Notes: generated by a model not told the origin, from the sequence alone. A DNA stretch of 64,000 nucleotides from Bacteroidia bacterium (GCA_029268695.1 JAQWNJ010000014.1:751-64750); one strand, 5' to 3'; positions 44,521 to 55,420 are shown, counted from the first letter of the stretch. Program-made: numbers and translations.

Positions 44521-45057
44521 TTAAAACTTATTTTTCCACATCATGCTTTCTACTGGCTTGATGGTACGTTTGTTGTATTTCGCATTTTTCTTTTTGTTGT
44601 AGTAGGTTTCGATTTCACCTTCCACCACAAAATAAATCAACTGCCCGATAGGCATGCTTCGATACACCCTTACAGGTTGAGTAACACTGATCTCCAACGT
44701 CCATGTATTACAAAAACCTACATCTCCCTTGCCTGCAGTAGCATGAATATCAATTCCTAATCGACCTGTACTGCTCTTGCCCTCCAAAAATGGTATGTGA
44801 GCATGGGTCTCTGTATATTCCTCAGTCACTCCCAAATACAATACCCCGGGCTGAAGTACATATCCATCAAGGGGTATTTCAAAATGCTCAATTTTGTTAT
44901 GGTCTCTAGCATCCAAAACCCGATTGGAATAGCAAGCCAAATGCTTGCCTAAGTGAACATCATAGCTATTGGTTCCTAAATCGTCACGATTGAATGGCTC
45001 AATCAATATGGTTCCTTTTTCGATTTCTTCTAAAATTCGTACGTCACTTAGTATCAT
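44521..45057 (-). CDS. dcd: dCTP deaminase
   Basis: The 178-aa ORF begins MILSDVRILEEIEKG..IEPF and shows the dUTPase-like fold family. Confidence 0.88.
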   Translation of the reverse strand: MILSDVRILEEIEKGTILIEPFNRDDLGTNSYDVHLGKHLACYSNRVLDARDHNKIEHFEIPLDGYVLQPGVLYLGVTEEYTETHAHIPFLEGKSSTGRLGIDIHATAGKGDVGFCNTWTLEISVTQPVRVYRSMPIGQLIYFVVEGEIETYYNKKKNAKYNKRTIKPVESMMWKNKF

Positions 45058-45078
45058 GGTGTTTTGATTGGGTCAATT

Positions 45079-45987
45079 TTAATCGATAATTTCTACTTTC
45101 CAAAATACAAGTGTTCTGTCATCACTACAACTTACGAACATATTTTCATCTATCCATAGGGTCTTGTTAATGCAATTGGTATGTCCTTTATATCGGTCGT
45201 AATCAATGACCTTCAACAAGGTCAACTGTTCGTTCCATACTTTAATGGTTTTATCCATGCTACAACTTAATAAGAATTGACCATTCCAACTGAGATTTTT
45301 TACTTGATATAAATGAGCTGGCACCTGATGAACCACTTGGTTCAAATGTAAGTCATGAGCTAATATCTTAGCATCTCTACACGTGCTAACTAAAGTAGCA
45401 TCGTCTAGCAACGCTAACCCAAAAACAGAATTTGTATGACCTTTCAAAATACGCTCAGTTTTGAAGGTATTTTTATCCAATTGATAAATGTGTGAATCCG
45501 AGGATCCAACAAAAATGGATGATTTACCAAAAGCAACTGATCTTAAACTATGAGTGGAAACCGTTTCTTTCAATGACTTGGAATGATGAACAATGCAACC
45601 ATCCTCTCCCCCACTAAAATCATCGGTGATAATGAAGACTCCGCCTTGATGTTTTTTGTCGGTTTGTAGGAGGGATTTATTCTCCAAATCCACCTGATAA
45701 ATGGTTCCTGAACGACCTCCAACTAAAAGAATATTTTTTTTCTTATGAATACTATAAATCGGCTCCCCCGTTTGCATAATTAATTTCCCATCGGTTGGAG
45801 AATCGATGTCCCAACGAACAACATAGCCCTCAGCCCCCGCTGAGTATATATGCCGACCCTCAAAATCAACGATAAAATCATAAATAGCATCTCGATGGCC
45901 TTTTAATTGTGCTACTTTTGTTATGTTTATTTTAGATTGGGTTGCCACTACATTCAAAGAAACATATAAATAATGGAATGGTTGCAC
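45079..45987 (-). CDS. WD40/beta-propeller repeat protein (302 aa, cytoplasmic, no signal peptide)
   Basis: It has repeated GH..V/WD-like units (KGHRDAIYDF, KGHTNSVFGL, SCSMDKTIKVW, SCSDDRTLVFW). The start codon is uncertain because the 45987 start is GTG. Confidence 0.65.
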   Translation of the reverse strand: MQPFHYLYVSLNVVATQSKINITKVAQLKGHRDAIYDFIVDFEGRHIYSAGAEGYVVRWDIDSPTDGKLIMQTGEPIYSIHKKKNILLVGGRSGTIYQVDLENKSLLQTDKKHQGGVFIITDDFSGGEDGCIVHHSKSLKETVSTHSLRSVAFGKSSIFVGSSDSHIYQLDKNTFKTERILKGHTNSVFGLALLDDATLVSTCRDAKILAHDLHLNQVVHQVPAHLYQVKNLSWNGQFLLSCSMDKTIKVWNEQLTLLKVIDYDRYKGHTNCINKTLWIDENMFVSCSDDRTLVFWKVEIID

Positions 45988-46547
45988 TTTGGCGAATTGA
46001 AGAAACCAAAGAAGAACTGTTTGACCTATTGCCTAATGGTTGGAAAGCAAAGCTAGACATCAACTCGATGAGCAGGCATAATATTGCTGCAAGAGTTTTG
46101 GCCCATACTGTCTGTCCTGATTTTGATAGCATCGAAAAAGATGAGTACGGCAAACCCTATTTTGTGAGTAAAGATTATCCCATTTCGATCACACACGCAG
46201 GAGATTATGCTGGTTTTATGTACACTGAAGACCGTGAGTGCGGCATTGATATTGAACAAATAACTCATCGTATTGAACGTATTCAGCATAAGTTTATTCG
46301 AGAAGATGAGAAAGCATTTGCTGAAGCTGGATTGAAAGGCATGTTCATGGTTTGGTGTGCTAAAGAGGCCATGTATAAATATTATGGATTAAAAGCATTG
46401 GATTTTAAAGCGAATCTCCAATTAAAATTTGAGCCATTTGACCAAGAAGGCACCCTGCAAGGAATCATATCAAAAAACGAGTACAAAAAAACAATGAATC
46501 TGCATTATCAATTTTTTGATGAATATTTGCTCATCCACACTCAATAG
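45978..46547 (+). CDS. 4'-phosphopantetheinyl transferase (Sfp/AcpS superfamily)
   Basis: It has the PPTase motifs ISITHAGDYAGFMY and W.AKEA..K. An upstream in-frame TTG at 45942 would add MPLHSKKHINNG and overlap the divergent WD40 gene 5' end. Confidence 0.7.
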   Translation: MVALWRIEETKEELFDLLPNGWKAKLDINSMSRHNIAARVLAHTVCPDFDSIEKDEYGKPYFVSKDYPISITHAGDYAGFMYTEDRECGIDIEQITHRIERIQHKFIREDEKAFAEAGLKGMFMVWCAKEAMYKYYGLKALDFKANLQLKFEPFDQEGTLQGIISKNEYKKTMNLHYQFFDEYLLIHTQ

Positions 46548-47321
46548 ATGAAAAAGGTAATTTGGATAACAGGAGCAGGTAGCGGTATTGGTGAGGCCTT
46601 GGCAAAGGCATGCAATCACGAAGACCATACTATTATCTTATCGGGGAGAAATAAAACTCAGTTGGAATCTGTTTCGAAAAACATAATAAATTCGTTTATC
46701 CTTCCATTGGATGTAACTCAAGAGAATCAAATCAAACAAGCAGTAACGTTAGTTAAATCCACTTTTAGGAAAATAGATATTCTCATCAACAATGCAGGTG
46801 TTAGCCAACGAGCAACCGTATCTGAAACAGCCAACGAGGTTGGTCGAAACTTAATGGAGGTGAATTTCTTTGGTAGTATTCACCTCACAAAAGCAGTTCT
46901 TCCTATGATGCTTGGAGCAAATCAAGGGAGCATTGTAGCCATGAGTAGTGCTGCTGGAAAATTTGGATTCCCATTACGTTCGTATTACTCTGCATCAAAA
47001 CATGCTTTGCACGGATTTTATGAATCTCTGAGTCTTGAACTAAAAGACACTAAAGTGCATGTCATGGTCGTCTGTCCGGGTAGAATTAAAACTGATATAA
47101 GTAAAAATGCACTAACTGGGTCGGGCGAGTCGCACAATCAAATGGACCAAGGACAACTCCACGGCATATCCGTTGAAAAATGTGCGTCTAAAATTGTCCA
47201 AGGCATTTCAAAGAAAAAGGCTGAAATCTATATCGGTGGAAACGAAATTTTACTCATTTACATCAAACGATATCTCCCTTTTCTTTTTCGTCGAATTGCA
47301 AAGCGAGTCAATCCAAAATAA
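46548..47321 (+). CDS. Short-chain dehydrogenase/reductase (SDR) family oxidoreductase
   Basis: It has TGAGSGIGEA (a Rossmann TGxxxGxG), NNAG and a YxxxK catalytic motif (YSASKHAL). Confidence 0.85.
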   Translation: MKKVIWITGAGSGIGEALAKACNHEDHTIILSGRNKTQLESVSKNIINSFILPLDVTQENQIKQAVTLVKSTFRKIDILINNAGVSQRATVSETANEVGRNLMEVNFFGSIHLTKAVLPMMLGANQGSIVAMSSAAGKFGFPLRSYYSASKHALHGFYESLSLELKDTKVHVMVVCPGRIKTDISKNALTGSGESHNQMDQGQLHGISVEKCASKIVQGISKKKAEIYIGGNEILLIYIKRYLPFLFRRIAKRVNPK

Positions 47322-47357
47322 TTCCATTAGAAATGGATTTGGGTAGCGAGTTTTGAT

Positions 47358-48428
47358 TTGGTAAATTCGCATACCTTGGAAAAAGAAATTAGCGGCATTC
47401 AACAAATGGGGATAGGCATCCCTGATGTCCATGAAGCATGGACTTGGTACAGAAATAATTTTAGTATGAACATCCCTGTTTTTGAGGAAGCTGCTACAGC
47501 CGAACTCATGCTACCCTACACCGGTGGCAAACCTCATGACAGGCACGCAGTACTTGCTCTTAATATGCAAGGAGGAGGCGGTTTTGAAATCTGGCAATAT
47601 ACCAGTCGAAAACCTCAACCCGCATCATTTCAACCAATGCTAGGTGATCTAGGAATCAACATCTGTAAGATGAAAACAAGAGACATTCATGCATCTTTCA
47701 AAAATTTCGATAAGACTTATCTCATATCCAAGGAAATTGAAAAAACACCGCACGGGACACCACATTTTTGGGTTAAAGACCCCTATGGAAATAAATTTCA
47801 AGTAATAGAGTCGGATAACTGGTTTTCCAAAAACTCAAACGATACTGGTGGAGTTTTTGGTGCTATAATTGGTGTATCGGATATTGAAAAATCCATCCAA
47901 TTCTATACAGACATTCTTGGCTATGATACAATTGAATGGCAAGGTGAAGGCAATTTTAATGATCTAACCCCATTAAATCCGAAAAAACATCAATACAAAA
48001 GGGTCATCTTATCACACAGTAAAAATAGAAAAGGGAGTTTTAGTCAACTATTGGGTTCTTCTCAAATAGAACTCATCGAAAACCTCACGGAAACTGGGAA
48101 AAACATTTATCAGGATCGATACTGGGGAGATCTTGGGTTTATTCACCTCTGTTTTGATGTTGTTGGTATGGAAGCATTAAGAGAAGAATGTAAAGAGGCA
48201 GGTCATCCGTTCACAGTGGACAGTGCTAACTCATTTGACATGGGTGAAGCAGCAGGGCATTTTTCATACATTGAGGATCCGGATGGTACACTAATTGAAT
48301 TTGTTGAAACACACAAAATACCTATACTGAAAAAAATTGGCTGGTACCTCGATATTCGAAAAAGAGATGCCCTAAAACCTTTACCTCGCTGGATGGTTAA
48401 GAGTATGGGACTAAACAAGAAAAAATAA
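47358..48428 (+). CDS. Two-domain VOC (glyoxalase/bleomycin-resistance/extradiol-dioxygenase) family protein
   Basis: The 356-aa ORF has two tandem βαβββ-type modules (GIGIPDVHEAW..., GVFGAIIGVSDIEKSIQFY...). Confidence 0.55.
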   Translation: MVNSHTLEKEISGIQQMGIGIPDVHEAWTWYRNNFSMNIPVFEEAATAELMLPYTGGKPHDRHAVLALNMQGGGGFEIWQYTSRKPQPASFQPMLGDLGINICKMKTRDIHASFKNFDKTYLISKEIEKTPHGTPHFWVKDPYGNKFQVIESDNWFSKNSNDTGGVFGAIIGVSDIEKSIQFYTDILGYDTIEWQGEGNFNDLTPLNPKKHQYKRVILSHSKNRKGSFSQLLGSSQIELIENLTETGKNIYQDRYWGDLGFIHLCFDVVGMEALREECKEAGHPFTVDSANSFDMGEAAGHFSYIEDPDGTLIEFVETHKIPILKKIGWYLDIRKRDALKPLPRWMVKSMGLNKKK

Positions 48429-48434
48429 TTAAAA

Positions 48435-50867
48435 ATGAAACTTAAATTCACGCATTTAACACTTTTGATTGGCTTAACATCTTTGCTTTCATTTATGTTC
48501 TTAAACTCACAGGAAGTCAAACCTTCATCTACTGAATTGGATAATCATCCAGGTTGGTTCAAGCAGTTTGTCAAATTAAAAGGCGATGAAAATGGTAAAA
48601 TACCGCACGGCTTAACCATGAAATGGTACAAAGCTGACCAAGACAACCAATTGTTGTACAAAAAGGCAGTGAATGACTTGGAAAATATTAAAGAGATTGG
48701 TCCATTCAATGTCGGTGGCAGAACACGATCTATTCTTATTGACAATAATAACCCAAACCGATACATATGTGCTGGAGTATCCGGTGGAATATGGGTGTCG
48801 GAAAACAGAGGCGGTTCATGGAAAATCGTAGATGACTATGCCCCTACATTATCAGCTACTTGTTTAACACAAAGCCCATTTAATCCTTCTTTATTTTATT
48901 ATGGAACAGGCGAAAGTTATGGAAATAGTGCAGATTTAGGTGGTCTTGGTATTTTTAAGTCAGAAGATGGAGCCAAATCATTTGAACATCTGGAACACAC
49001 CATGACGAGTGATTTCGATCGTGGAATTTGGGATATTGAACATTCACTGGTCTTGGATAGCACAATATATGTAGCTACTCACACTCGAGGTTTGTGGAGA
49101 AGTACTGATGCTGGTCAAAACTTCTCTAGAATTTATTCCACATCCACTCAAGTCAATGAAATTGAAGTAAGGGATGATAGTACAATACTTATTGCCATGT
49201 CTGGAGTTGGTGTTGTAGAAATACACGAGCGAACACTGGTGGCAAAAAGGCTCAACGGAGGTGAATGGCCGTCTAGCGGTTACACTCGAGTCAGCTTTGA
49301 CTATTGCCGAGACTTCCCAAACGTCATGTATGCTCAACTTGGGGGTGCTGATCTATATAGCCTCTACGGTATTTATAAAACATCAAACGGAGGAAAAACA
49401 TGGAAAAGACTTCCAGACCCACCTGCTAACGTAAGCTACGCTCAAGCGTGGTACTGTTTTAAAATATCTACCGCACCTGCAGATTCTAATTTTATTGCTA
49501 GCTTGTGTGTAGACCCAATATACTCTAAAAATAGTGGTTCATCATGGTTGGATATGGCAGACCCACATGCAGATTACCACGAAGTAAGCTGGATTAACGA
49601 TAATGAGTTTTTAATTGGTAATGATGCAGGTGTCAGTCGATTTAATAAAAATAATATGTCTCGATACGAGGACTTGAATAATGGCCTAAATATCACACAG
49701 TTTTATGCTGGCCATTATTATCCCACTGGCGAATCGATTATTGGTGGAACTCAAGATAACGGAACTCGTTTTAGTAACGAAGGCAATCAAATATTCAGTA
49801 ATATAAATGGCGGTGATGGTGCGTTTTGTGCAGTAAATCAACAGGATGATCGTATCCGATATGTATCTTCTCAATACCTTAATATGAGAAGACAAAGTAA
49901 TACTGGGACAAGAAATATTAGTAGAGATATAAGAAATGCTGTTGGAGGTAATGATGGAGTATGGTTTATAAATCCTTTTGAAATCAATAATTTGGATGGT
50001 GACCAAATCTATGTGCCAACAAAAAGAGCTACATATCGATCAACTGATGGAGGTAATAATTGGGTTACACTGACTTCTGATTTGTTAGGAGATTCATATG
50101 CTGTTGGATTAAGTAATTCAACCGATCCTATTGCCTATATCGGTGGTACAGCCTCTCGATTATATCGCATAGATAATGCAGCAACTGCTCAGCCTAACAG
50201 TGAAGTAAGTATGTGGACCACTCAATATCCCGATTTTCTTGGGAGTACCATTGGATGTGTTGAGGTTGATCCAAATAGCGACAGTACTATTTACTGTGGA
50301 TTAGTGAATGTCAGAAATAAATCAAGAATATGGAGAATTCGAAATGCCACTTCAGATACACCAATCTGGGACGATATTAGTGCGAATCTTCCTGAAAGTT
50401 TACCCGTAAACTGGATTGAAGTAGATCCAGACATGAGTGAGCATATATTAATTGGAACTGACTATGGGTTATACACTTCTCTTAATGCTGGGGCAAGTTG
50501 GCAAAAAGAAACACGTATCCCTAATGTTCCTATAGATCAAATTCGTCTGAGAAGTAGTGATCGAAAATTATTCATCTACACGCATGGTCGTGGCATATGG
50601 ACTGCTGACTTAACCAATGACCCCGTTGCATCTATTCAAAATAAACAACTATTGGAAGTAAGTATTTATCCCAATCCGGCTGATAATTTTGTACACATTA
50701 ATGGCAAATTTAATCAGGTGAATATCTACTCTTTAACTGGCAAAAAAATGGGCACTTTCTTTAAGCACGATGTACCCACATCATCGCTGCAAAACGGAAC
50801 ATACTTTTTTGAGGTGGTTAACGGAAATCAAACAAGTACTAAAAAAGTGGTGATCGCTCACCCATAA
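48435..50867 (+). CDS. Secreted BNR/Asp-box repeat beta-propeller protein (glycoside-hydrolase-like / Ycf48-like) with a T9SS type-A CTD
   Basis: It has a signal peptide and multiple SxDxGxTW-type motifs (ENRGGSWKI, SEDGAKSFE, STDAGQNFS, TSNGGKTWK, STDGGNNWV, SLNAGASWQ). Its C-terminus (LEVSIYPNPADNF...NGTYFFEVVNG) is a Por-secretion tail. Confidence 0.7.
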   Translation: MKLKFTHLTLLIGLTSLLSFMFLNSQEVKPSSTELDNHPGWFKQFVKLKGDENGKIPHGLTMKWYKADQDNQLLYKKAVNDLENIKEIGPFNVGGRTRSILIDNNNPNRYICAGVSGGIWVSENRGGSWKIVDDYAPTLSATCLTQSPFNPSLFYYGTGESYGNSADLGGLGIFKSEDGAKSFEHLEHTMTSDFDRGIWDIEHSLVLDSTIYVATHTRGLWRSTDAGQNFSRIYSTSTQVNEIEVRDDSTILIAMSGVGVVEIHERTLVAKRLNGGEWPSSGYTRVSFDYCRDFPNVMYAQLGGADLYSLYGIYKTSNGGKTWKRLPDPPANVSYAQAWYCFKISTAPADSNFIASLCVDPIYSKNSGSSWLDMADPHADYHEVSWINDNEFLIGNDAGVSRFNKNNMSRYEDLNNGLNITQFYAGHYYPTGESIIGGTQDNGTRFSNEGNQIFSNINGGDGAFCAVNQQDDRIRYVSSQYLNMRRQSNTGTRNISRDIRNAVGGNDGVWFINPFEINNLDGDQIYVPTKRATYRSTDGGNNWVTLTSDLLGDSYAVGLSNSTDPIAYIGGTASRLYRIDNAATAQPNSEVSMWTTQYPDFLGSTIGCVEVDPNSDSTIYCGLVNVRNKSRIWRIRNATSDTPIWDDISANLPESLPVNWIEVDPDMSEHILIGTDYGLYTSLNAGASWQKETRIPNVPIDQIRLRSSDRKLFIYTHGRGIWTADLTNDPVASIQNKQLLEVSIYPNPADNFVHINGKFNQVNIYSLTGKKMGTFFKHDVPTSSLQNGTYFFEVVNGNQTSTKKVVIAHP

Positions 50868-50873
50868 CAAAAA

Positions 50874-52136
50874 TTAGGAAATTGCTTTTATAATTGCTTT
50901 TCGCTGATTAGACAACTCGTCTCTGTCTTTGTCTTTCATTCCAAACCAGGCTAATTGTTTCCAGAAATAAGGTAATAATTCAACGAGTCTAAACCAGCAT
51001 ACCCCGCCGTATATTGAGGCAAATAGCAGTAGTATAGCCCACGTGGGAGAAAATAGGTTGAAAAAAGTAATCGCGAGTCCCGATACAAGCACCAAAGATA
51101 AAACCATTGCAAGTCCAACTTTTAGTGAGTCATGAAAAATAATATTCTTGATTTTTTTATCGATTAATGTCATAGAAAACTTCCATATCAACCACCAAAT
51201 AGCATAAACAGGAAGACTTACGCCTAATGTAAAAAGTGCAATAAATACTGAAATTGCATCGAATGATCTCCCCCCAACGTTCGCGTCATCCACACCTTCA
51301 TTTAAAATTGATTGTTTATAATCACGAACTTTTGATGCTACATGTTCATCTATTGAATTAAGTTTAGCTATAGATAATTTCCAAGTACCATAAGATTTGA
51401 ATGTGAAAGGACGATAATTTTCATTGATTATAACTTCGTGTAAAAATTCTTTTTCCTCCGAATAATCTCCTTTAGTTATAACAACATTATTCTCCAACGA
51501 TTTCTGTAGCTGATTAGTAAATTGTTCGGCAACTTTCTTTTCATTTTCTTCAATAGCTTCTTTGTATTCCTTTACAAGAATTGGTTTCTCAAATGAAACA
51601 TGGATGGTCTGCATCAAAGAACCAAACCTCGAATAATTTAATGCTGTTGGAACAACATGAAGATCAAGATTATAGCCACTTCTTTTCACCATATCAATTG
51701 CAATATGACCTGTACCCTTTCTTAGCCTTCGAACAGCCTTTTCAGGATAAGAGCTTCCCTCAGAAAATATAAGGATTGTCTTATTTTTTGTAAAAAGATC
51801 GTACAACTCATCCATGGTTTGACTATTTCCTTTACGTGCCACCTCAGAATTTGCATCTCTTGCTCTAAAAATAGGTCTTAGACACATGCTCCTTAAAAAG
51901 TAATTGGCAATGGGTTTTAAAAAAACATCACCACGGGTAAGGGTGTATATTTTTCGACCACTCATATGCTGGTATACAACCCCATCTAAAAAGGAATTTG
52001 GGTGATTCCCCGCTAAAAGAACCGGCTTATCTTTTGGAAAATTTTCAAGTCCATCAAAATGGACTTTTCGAACAAAACCTCCTAATGGTAATCTTAAAGA
52101 ATTCCTGCAAAAATGAAATACCCAGTCTTTTAACAT
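50874..52136 (-). CDS. Membrane-bound glycerolipid acyltransferase (PlsC/GPAT-like)
   Basis: It has an NHxxxxD-type acyltransferase motif (LAGNHPNSFLDG) and FSEGS motif III, followed by C-terminal TM helices. It lies 8 nt downstream of dnaG in the same operon. Confidence 0.7.
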   Translation of the reverse strand: MLKDWVFHFCRNSLRLPLGGFVRKVHFDGLENFPKDKPVLLAGNHPNSFLDGVVYQHMSGRKIYTLTRGDVFLKPIANYFLRSMCLRPIFRARDANSEVARKGNSQTMDELYDLFTKNKTILIFSEGSSYPEKAVRRLRKGTGHIAIDMVKRSGYNLDLHVVPTALNYSRFGSLMQTIHVSFEKPILVKEYKEAIEENEKKVAEQFTNQLQKSLENNVVITKGDYSEEKEFLHEVIINENYRPFTFKSYGTWKLSIAKLNSIDEHVASKVRDYKQSILNEGVDDANVGGRSFDAISVFIALFTLGVSLPVYAIWWLIWKFSMTLIDKKIKNIIFHDSLKVGLAMVLSLVLVSGLAITFFNLFSPTWAILLLFASIYGGVCWFRLVELLPYFWKQLAWFGMKDKDRDELSNQRKAIIKAIS

Positions 52137-52144
52137 GTTGATTT

Positions 52145-54112
52145 TTATGAAATTACGGTTCCACTTTGATCCGTAATTTTTCGACGAATCTTCAATAAAT
52201 TATCGTGAATCTGTTGCAATACCATAATATCCTCGTCAGATTCAGCAATTTTTAATTTCTCTTGGTTTTCTTTCATCAATAAGTCAATGTGTTTAAGCTT
52301 AAGATAATTTAAATTATCAATCACATGACTTTTATAGTTTTCTTGGTCAGATTTAACAAATTTTTCGTAATTATCCTCCCAACCTTTACTTAAGTTATGT
52401 CTTGCAGAGAGAACCTCTGCAGCAATTTTACTAGACTTTGCATTTCTTATAAAATAAAGTTCATTTAACACTTTATGTTCTTTTAAATGAGCATATGCAT
52501 CTTTAAAAATCTGACTAAATTCATTAGAAATAGGCCAGATTTGTTCTTCTTCAAATTCATTGAAAATAAATTCAGCCACAGTCAAATTCTCATTAAATTC
52601 TTTGTCTGCGTGTAGAATTAATGTTTTTAATAGTTCTTCCTCTTGATAGTTTTTATTGTCTACTAAATCAGCTGGATTAATTTGTTTGTAATCGGGCTGA
52701 TATTCGAATCCTGGGGGAGGCCCTTCTGAGATAGCGGATTTATTATCATGTTGAACTCTCCGTTCTTCTCGGTCTTTTTGTTTGCGACTGTTAACCCGAA
52801 ACTTATTAACCTCTGCGATAATTATTCGCTCTGGAATATCTAAATTATTGGATGTTTCTGTAATGAAAGCTGCTCGTTTAAGAGGATCAGGTAATGCAGC
52901 GATGTTTTCTGCTACCAGTCGAGCTGCCTCTGCTTTCTGAATTGGATCGGAAGGATTTTTTGCAAGCTTAACCGCTTGAATAAGCTCTACAAAGTTTTTA
53001 GATGTATCGCTTACATACTTGTGAAATGCAGTACTTCCTCTTTTTTGAATAAAGCTATCCGGATCTTCCTCCGGAGGGAAAAGGACTACTTTGACATTAA
53101 TGTCAGCTGCCAAAAGCGTTTGAATATGTTTTAAACTTGCATTTACACCTGCCTCATCCCCATCAAAAAGCATGGTGACATGGTGGGTAAATCGCTTAAT
53201 TAATCTAGCTTGTTCCTCGGTAAAGGCAGTACCACTAGCAGCAACAACATTATCAACTCCACTCTGATGGAGACTTACCACGTCCATATATCCTTCAACC
53301 AGGAATACAGCGTCATTCTTTCTAATCGATTGTTTGCAAACACTCAGTCCGTAGAGCTCTTTCCTTTTTTCATAGACAACTGTTTCTGGGCTATTAAGAT
53401 ATTTGGGAGCCTTGGTATCCTTCTTTATAATTCTACCACCAAATCCTAAAACTTTTCCCGACACACTGAATATTGGAAAAACAATTCTATCTAAGAAAGT
53501 ATCACGAAGATTCGACGCTATAATTCCCTGATCATCATTGATTTTTTTGACCAATCCCGCATCATAAAGTTGTTGAGATGTATAACCATTCTTTATTCCC
53601 TCTTGTAAAATATGATCTCGTTGAGTTCCGCTAAGTCCTATGTAGAATTCATCAATTGTTTGTTGGTTAATCCCCCGCTCTGTCAAATAGGGTTTATAAA
53701 TCACCTTCCCATCTTGACTGGAATTTATTCGCTCATAAAAATGATTTTTTGCAAATTCCAAACACGCATAAACACCTTCTTTAATTCGAGCTTCCTCCTT
53801 TAGTTCATCCACATCAATTTGCCCTTCCTCAATCTCAATATTATACTTTTCAGCTAAAAACTTAATTGCTAACGGATAAGATAACCCCTCATGCTGCATA
53901 ATAAATTGAAAAATATTCCCACCCTCACCACAGCTAAAACATTTGAATATCCCCTTACTTGGAGAAACACTCATACTCGGACTCTTATCATCGTGAAACG
54001 GACAAAGCCCTTTATAGTTAGCTCCAGCTCTTTTGAGGGTAACAAACTCACCAACAACTTCCTCAATGGGAGCTACATCAAAAATTTTATCAATGACTTG
54101 TTGTGATATCAA
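52145..54112 (-). CDS. dnaG: DNA primase
   Basis: It has an N-terminal zinc-binding domain (CPFHDDKSPSMSV...CFSCGEGG) and a TOPRIM domain (EGYMDV). It is 655 aa long. Confidence 0.92.
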   Translation of the reverse strand: MISQQVIDKIFDVAPIEEVVGEFVTLKRAGANYKGLCPFHDDKSPSMSVSPSKGIFKCFSCGEGGNIFQFIMQHEGLSYPLAIKFLAEKYNIEIEEGQIDVDELKEEARIKEGVYACLEFAKNHFYERINSSQDGKVIYKPYLTERGINQQTIDEFYIGLSGTQRDHILQEGIKNGYTSQQLYDAGLVKKINDDQGIIASNLRDTFLDRIVFPIFSVSGKVLGFGGRIIKKDTKAPKYLNSPETVVYEKRKELYGLSVCKQSIRKNDAVFLVEGYMDVVSLHQSGVDNVVAASGTAFTEEQARLIKRFTHHVTMLFDGDEAGVNASLKHIQTLLAADINVKVVLFPPEEDPDSFIQKRGSTAFHKYVSDTSKNFVELIQAVKLAKNPSDPIQKAEAARLVAENIAALPDPLKRAAFITETSNNLDIPERIIIAEVNKFRVNSRKQKDREERRVQHDNKSAISEGPPPGFEYQPDYKQINPADLVDNKNYQEEELLKTLILHADKEFNENLTVAEFIFNEFEEEQIWPISNEFSQIFKDAYAHLKEHKVLNELYFIRNAKSSKIAAEVLSARHNLSKGWEDNYEKFVKSDQENYKSHVIDNLNYLKLKHIDLLMKENQEKLKIAESDEDIMVLQQIHDNLLKIRRKITDQSGTVIS

Positions 54113-54207
54113 TTCACTACAAATGAAATGAATTGCTTTTAAACATGATAATAATGTGGAGAGATATTATCATCCCTACTAAAAAACAAATTATTTACCT
54201 TTGAAGT

Positions 54208-55395
54208 ATGAATCTATCCGATAGGATCAAACATCAAGTAGAATCAAATTTTGATGAGCTAGTTGCTATAAGAAGACATTTGCATAGCCACCCAGAATTA
54301 AGTTTTAAAGAATTTGAAACTACTAAATTTATTGCTGATAAATTAAAAACTCTCGGATACGATCTTAAGCAGATAACCGAAACAGGTGGATATATCGATA
54401 TTGAAGGGCGAAATCCTCAATCCAAGATTATAGCCTTAAGGGGTGATATTGATGCACTCCCAATTCACGAAAAAACTGGCAAAGACTATGCCTCTAAAAA
54501 TGATGGCGTCATGCATGCTTGCGGTCATGATGTTCACACAACATGTTTGTTAGGAGCAATTCAAATCATTGATGCCATGAAGAATGAATTTGAAGGAACC
54601 ATTCGTTGCATCTTTCAGCCGGGTGAGGAAAGACTACCTGGAGGGGCAAGTATTATGATCAAAAATGGCATATTAAAAAACCCAAGCGTTGAAAAAATCA
54701 TGGGACAGCATGTTATGCCTCTCATTGATGCCGGTAAAGTAGGGTTTAGAAGTGGGCTATACATGGCGAGTGCTGACGAAATTTATATCAAAGTAATTGG
54801 TAAAGGTGGACACGGAGCTCATCCTCACCAAAATATTGACCCTGTATACATAGCTGCACAAATTATCACACAACTTCAATCGGTAGTGAGCAGACATGCC
54901 AAGCCTAGTATTCCAAGTGTTCTTAGTATTGGTAAAGTCATTGCTAATGGGGCTACGAATATCATACCAAATGACGTTTACATGGAGGGTACATTTCGAA
55001 CCTACGATGAAAATTGGCGAAATGAAGCACATGACTTAATTAAAAAAATTGGTGAACAAACTGCACAATTACATGGAGCTAAATGTGAGGTTGAAGTAAG
55101 AAAAGGATATCCATTTCTTAAAAATGATGAAGACTTAACCTCTCAGACTATGAATTGGGCAAAAGAATATCTAGGAAAAGACAATGTTGAGGAATTAGAG
55201 CTTTGGCCTGCAGGTGAGGACTTCGCCTATTATTCTCAAGAAATCCCCGCTAGTTTTTATCGATTAGGTATTAGAAATCAAAGTAAATTTGATCAGACTA
55301 TGCTACACACGCCAACCTTTGATATCGACGAAGATGCACTCAAAGTCGGGGCTGGATTGATGGCGTATCTTGCTTTAAGAGAATTATCCCATTAA
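54208..55395 (+). CDS. M20D-family amidohydrolase (N-acyl-amino-acid amidohydrolase / hippurate-hydrolase-like)
   Basis: It has the metal-binding motifs HACGHD and GGHGAHP. It is 395 aa long. Confidence 0.85.
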   Translation: MNLSDRIKHQVESNFDELVAIRRHLHSHPELSFKEFETTKFIADKLKTLGYDLKQITETGGYIDIEGRNPQSKIIALRGDIDALPIHEKTGKDYASKNDGVMHACGHDVHTTCLLGAIQIIDAMKNEFEGTIRCIFQPGEERLPGGASIMIKNGILKNPSVEKIMGQHVMPLIDAGKVGFRSGLYMASADEIYIKVIGKGGHGAHPHQNIDPVYIAAQIITQLQSVVSRHAKPSIPSVLSIGKVIANGATNIIPNDVYMEGTFRTYDENWRNEAHDLIKKIGEQTAQLHGAKCEVEVRKGYPFLKNDEDLTSQTMNWAKEYLGKDNVEELELWPAGEDFAYYSQEIPASFYRLGIRNQSKFDQTMLHTPTFDIDEDALKVGAGLMAYLALRELSH

Positions 55396-55420
55396 CAAAT
55401 AATACCTCAAATCTACTTTC

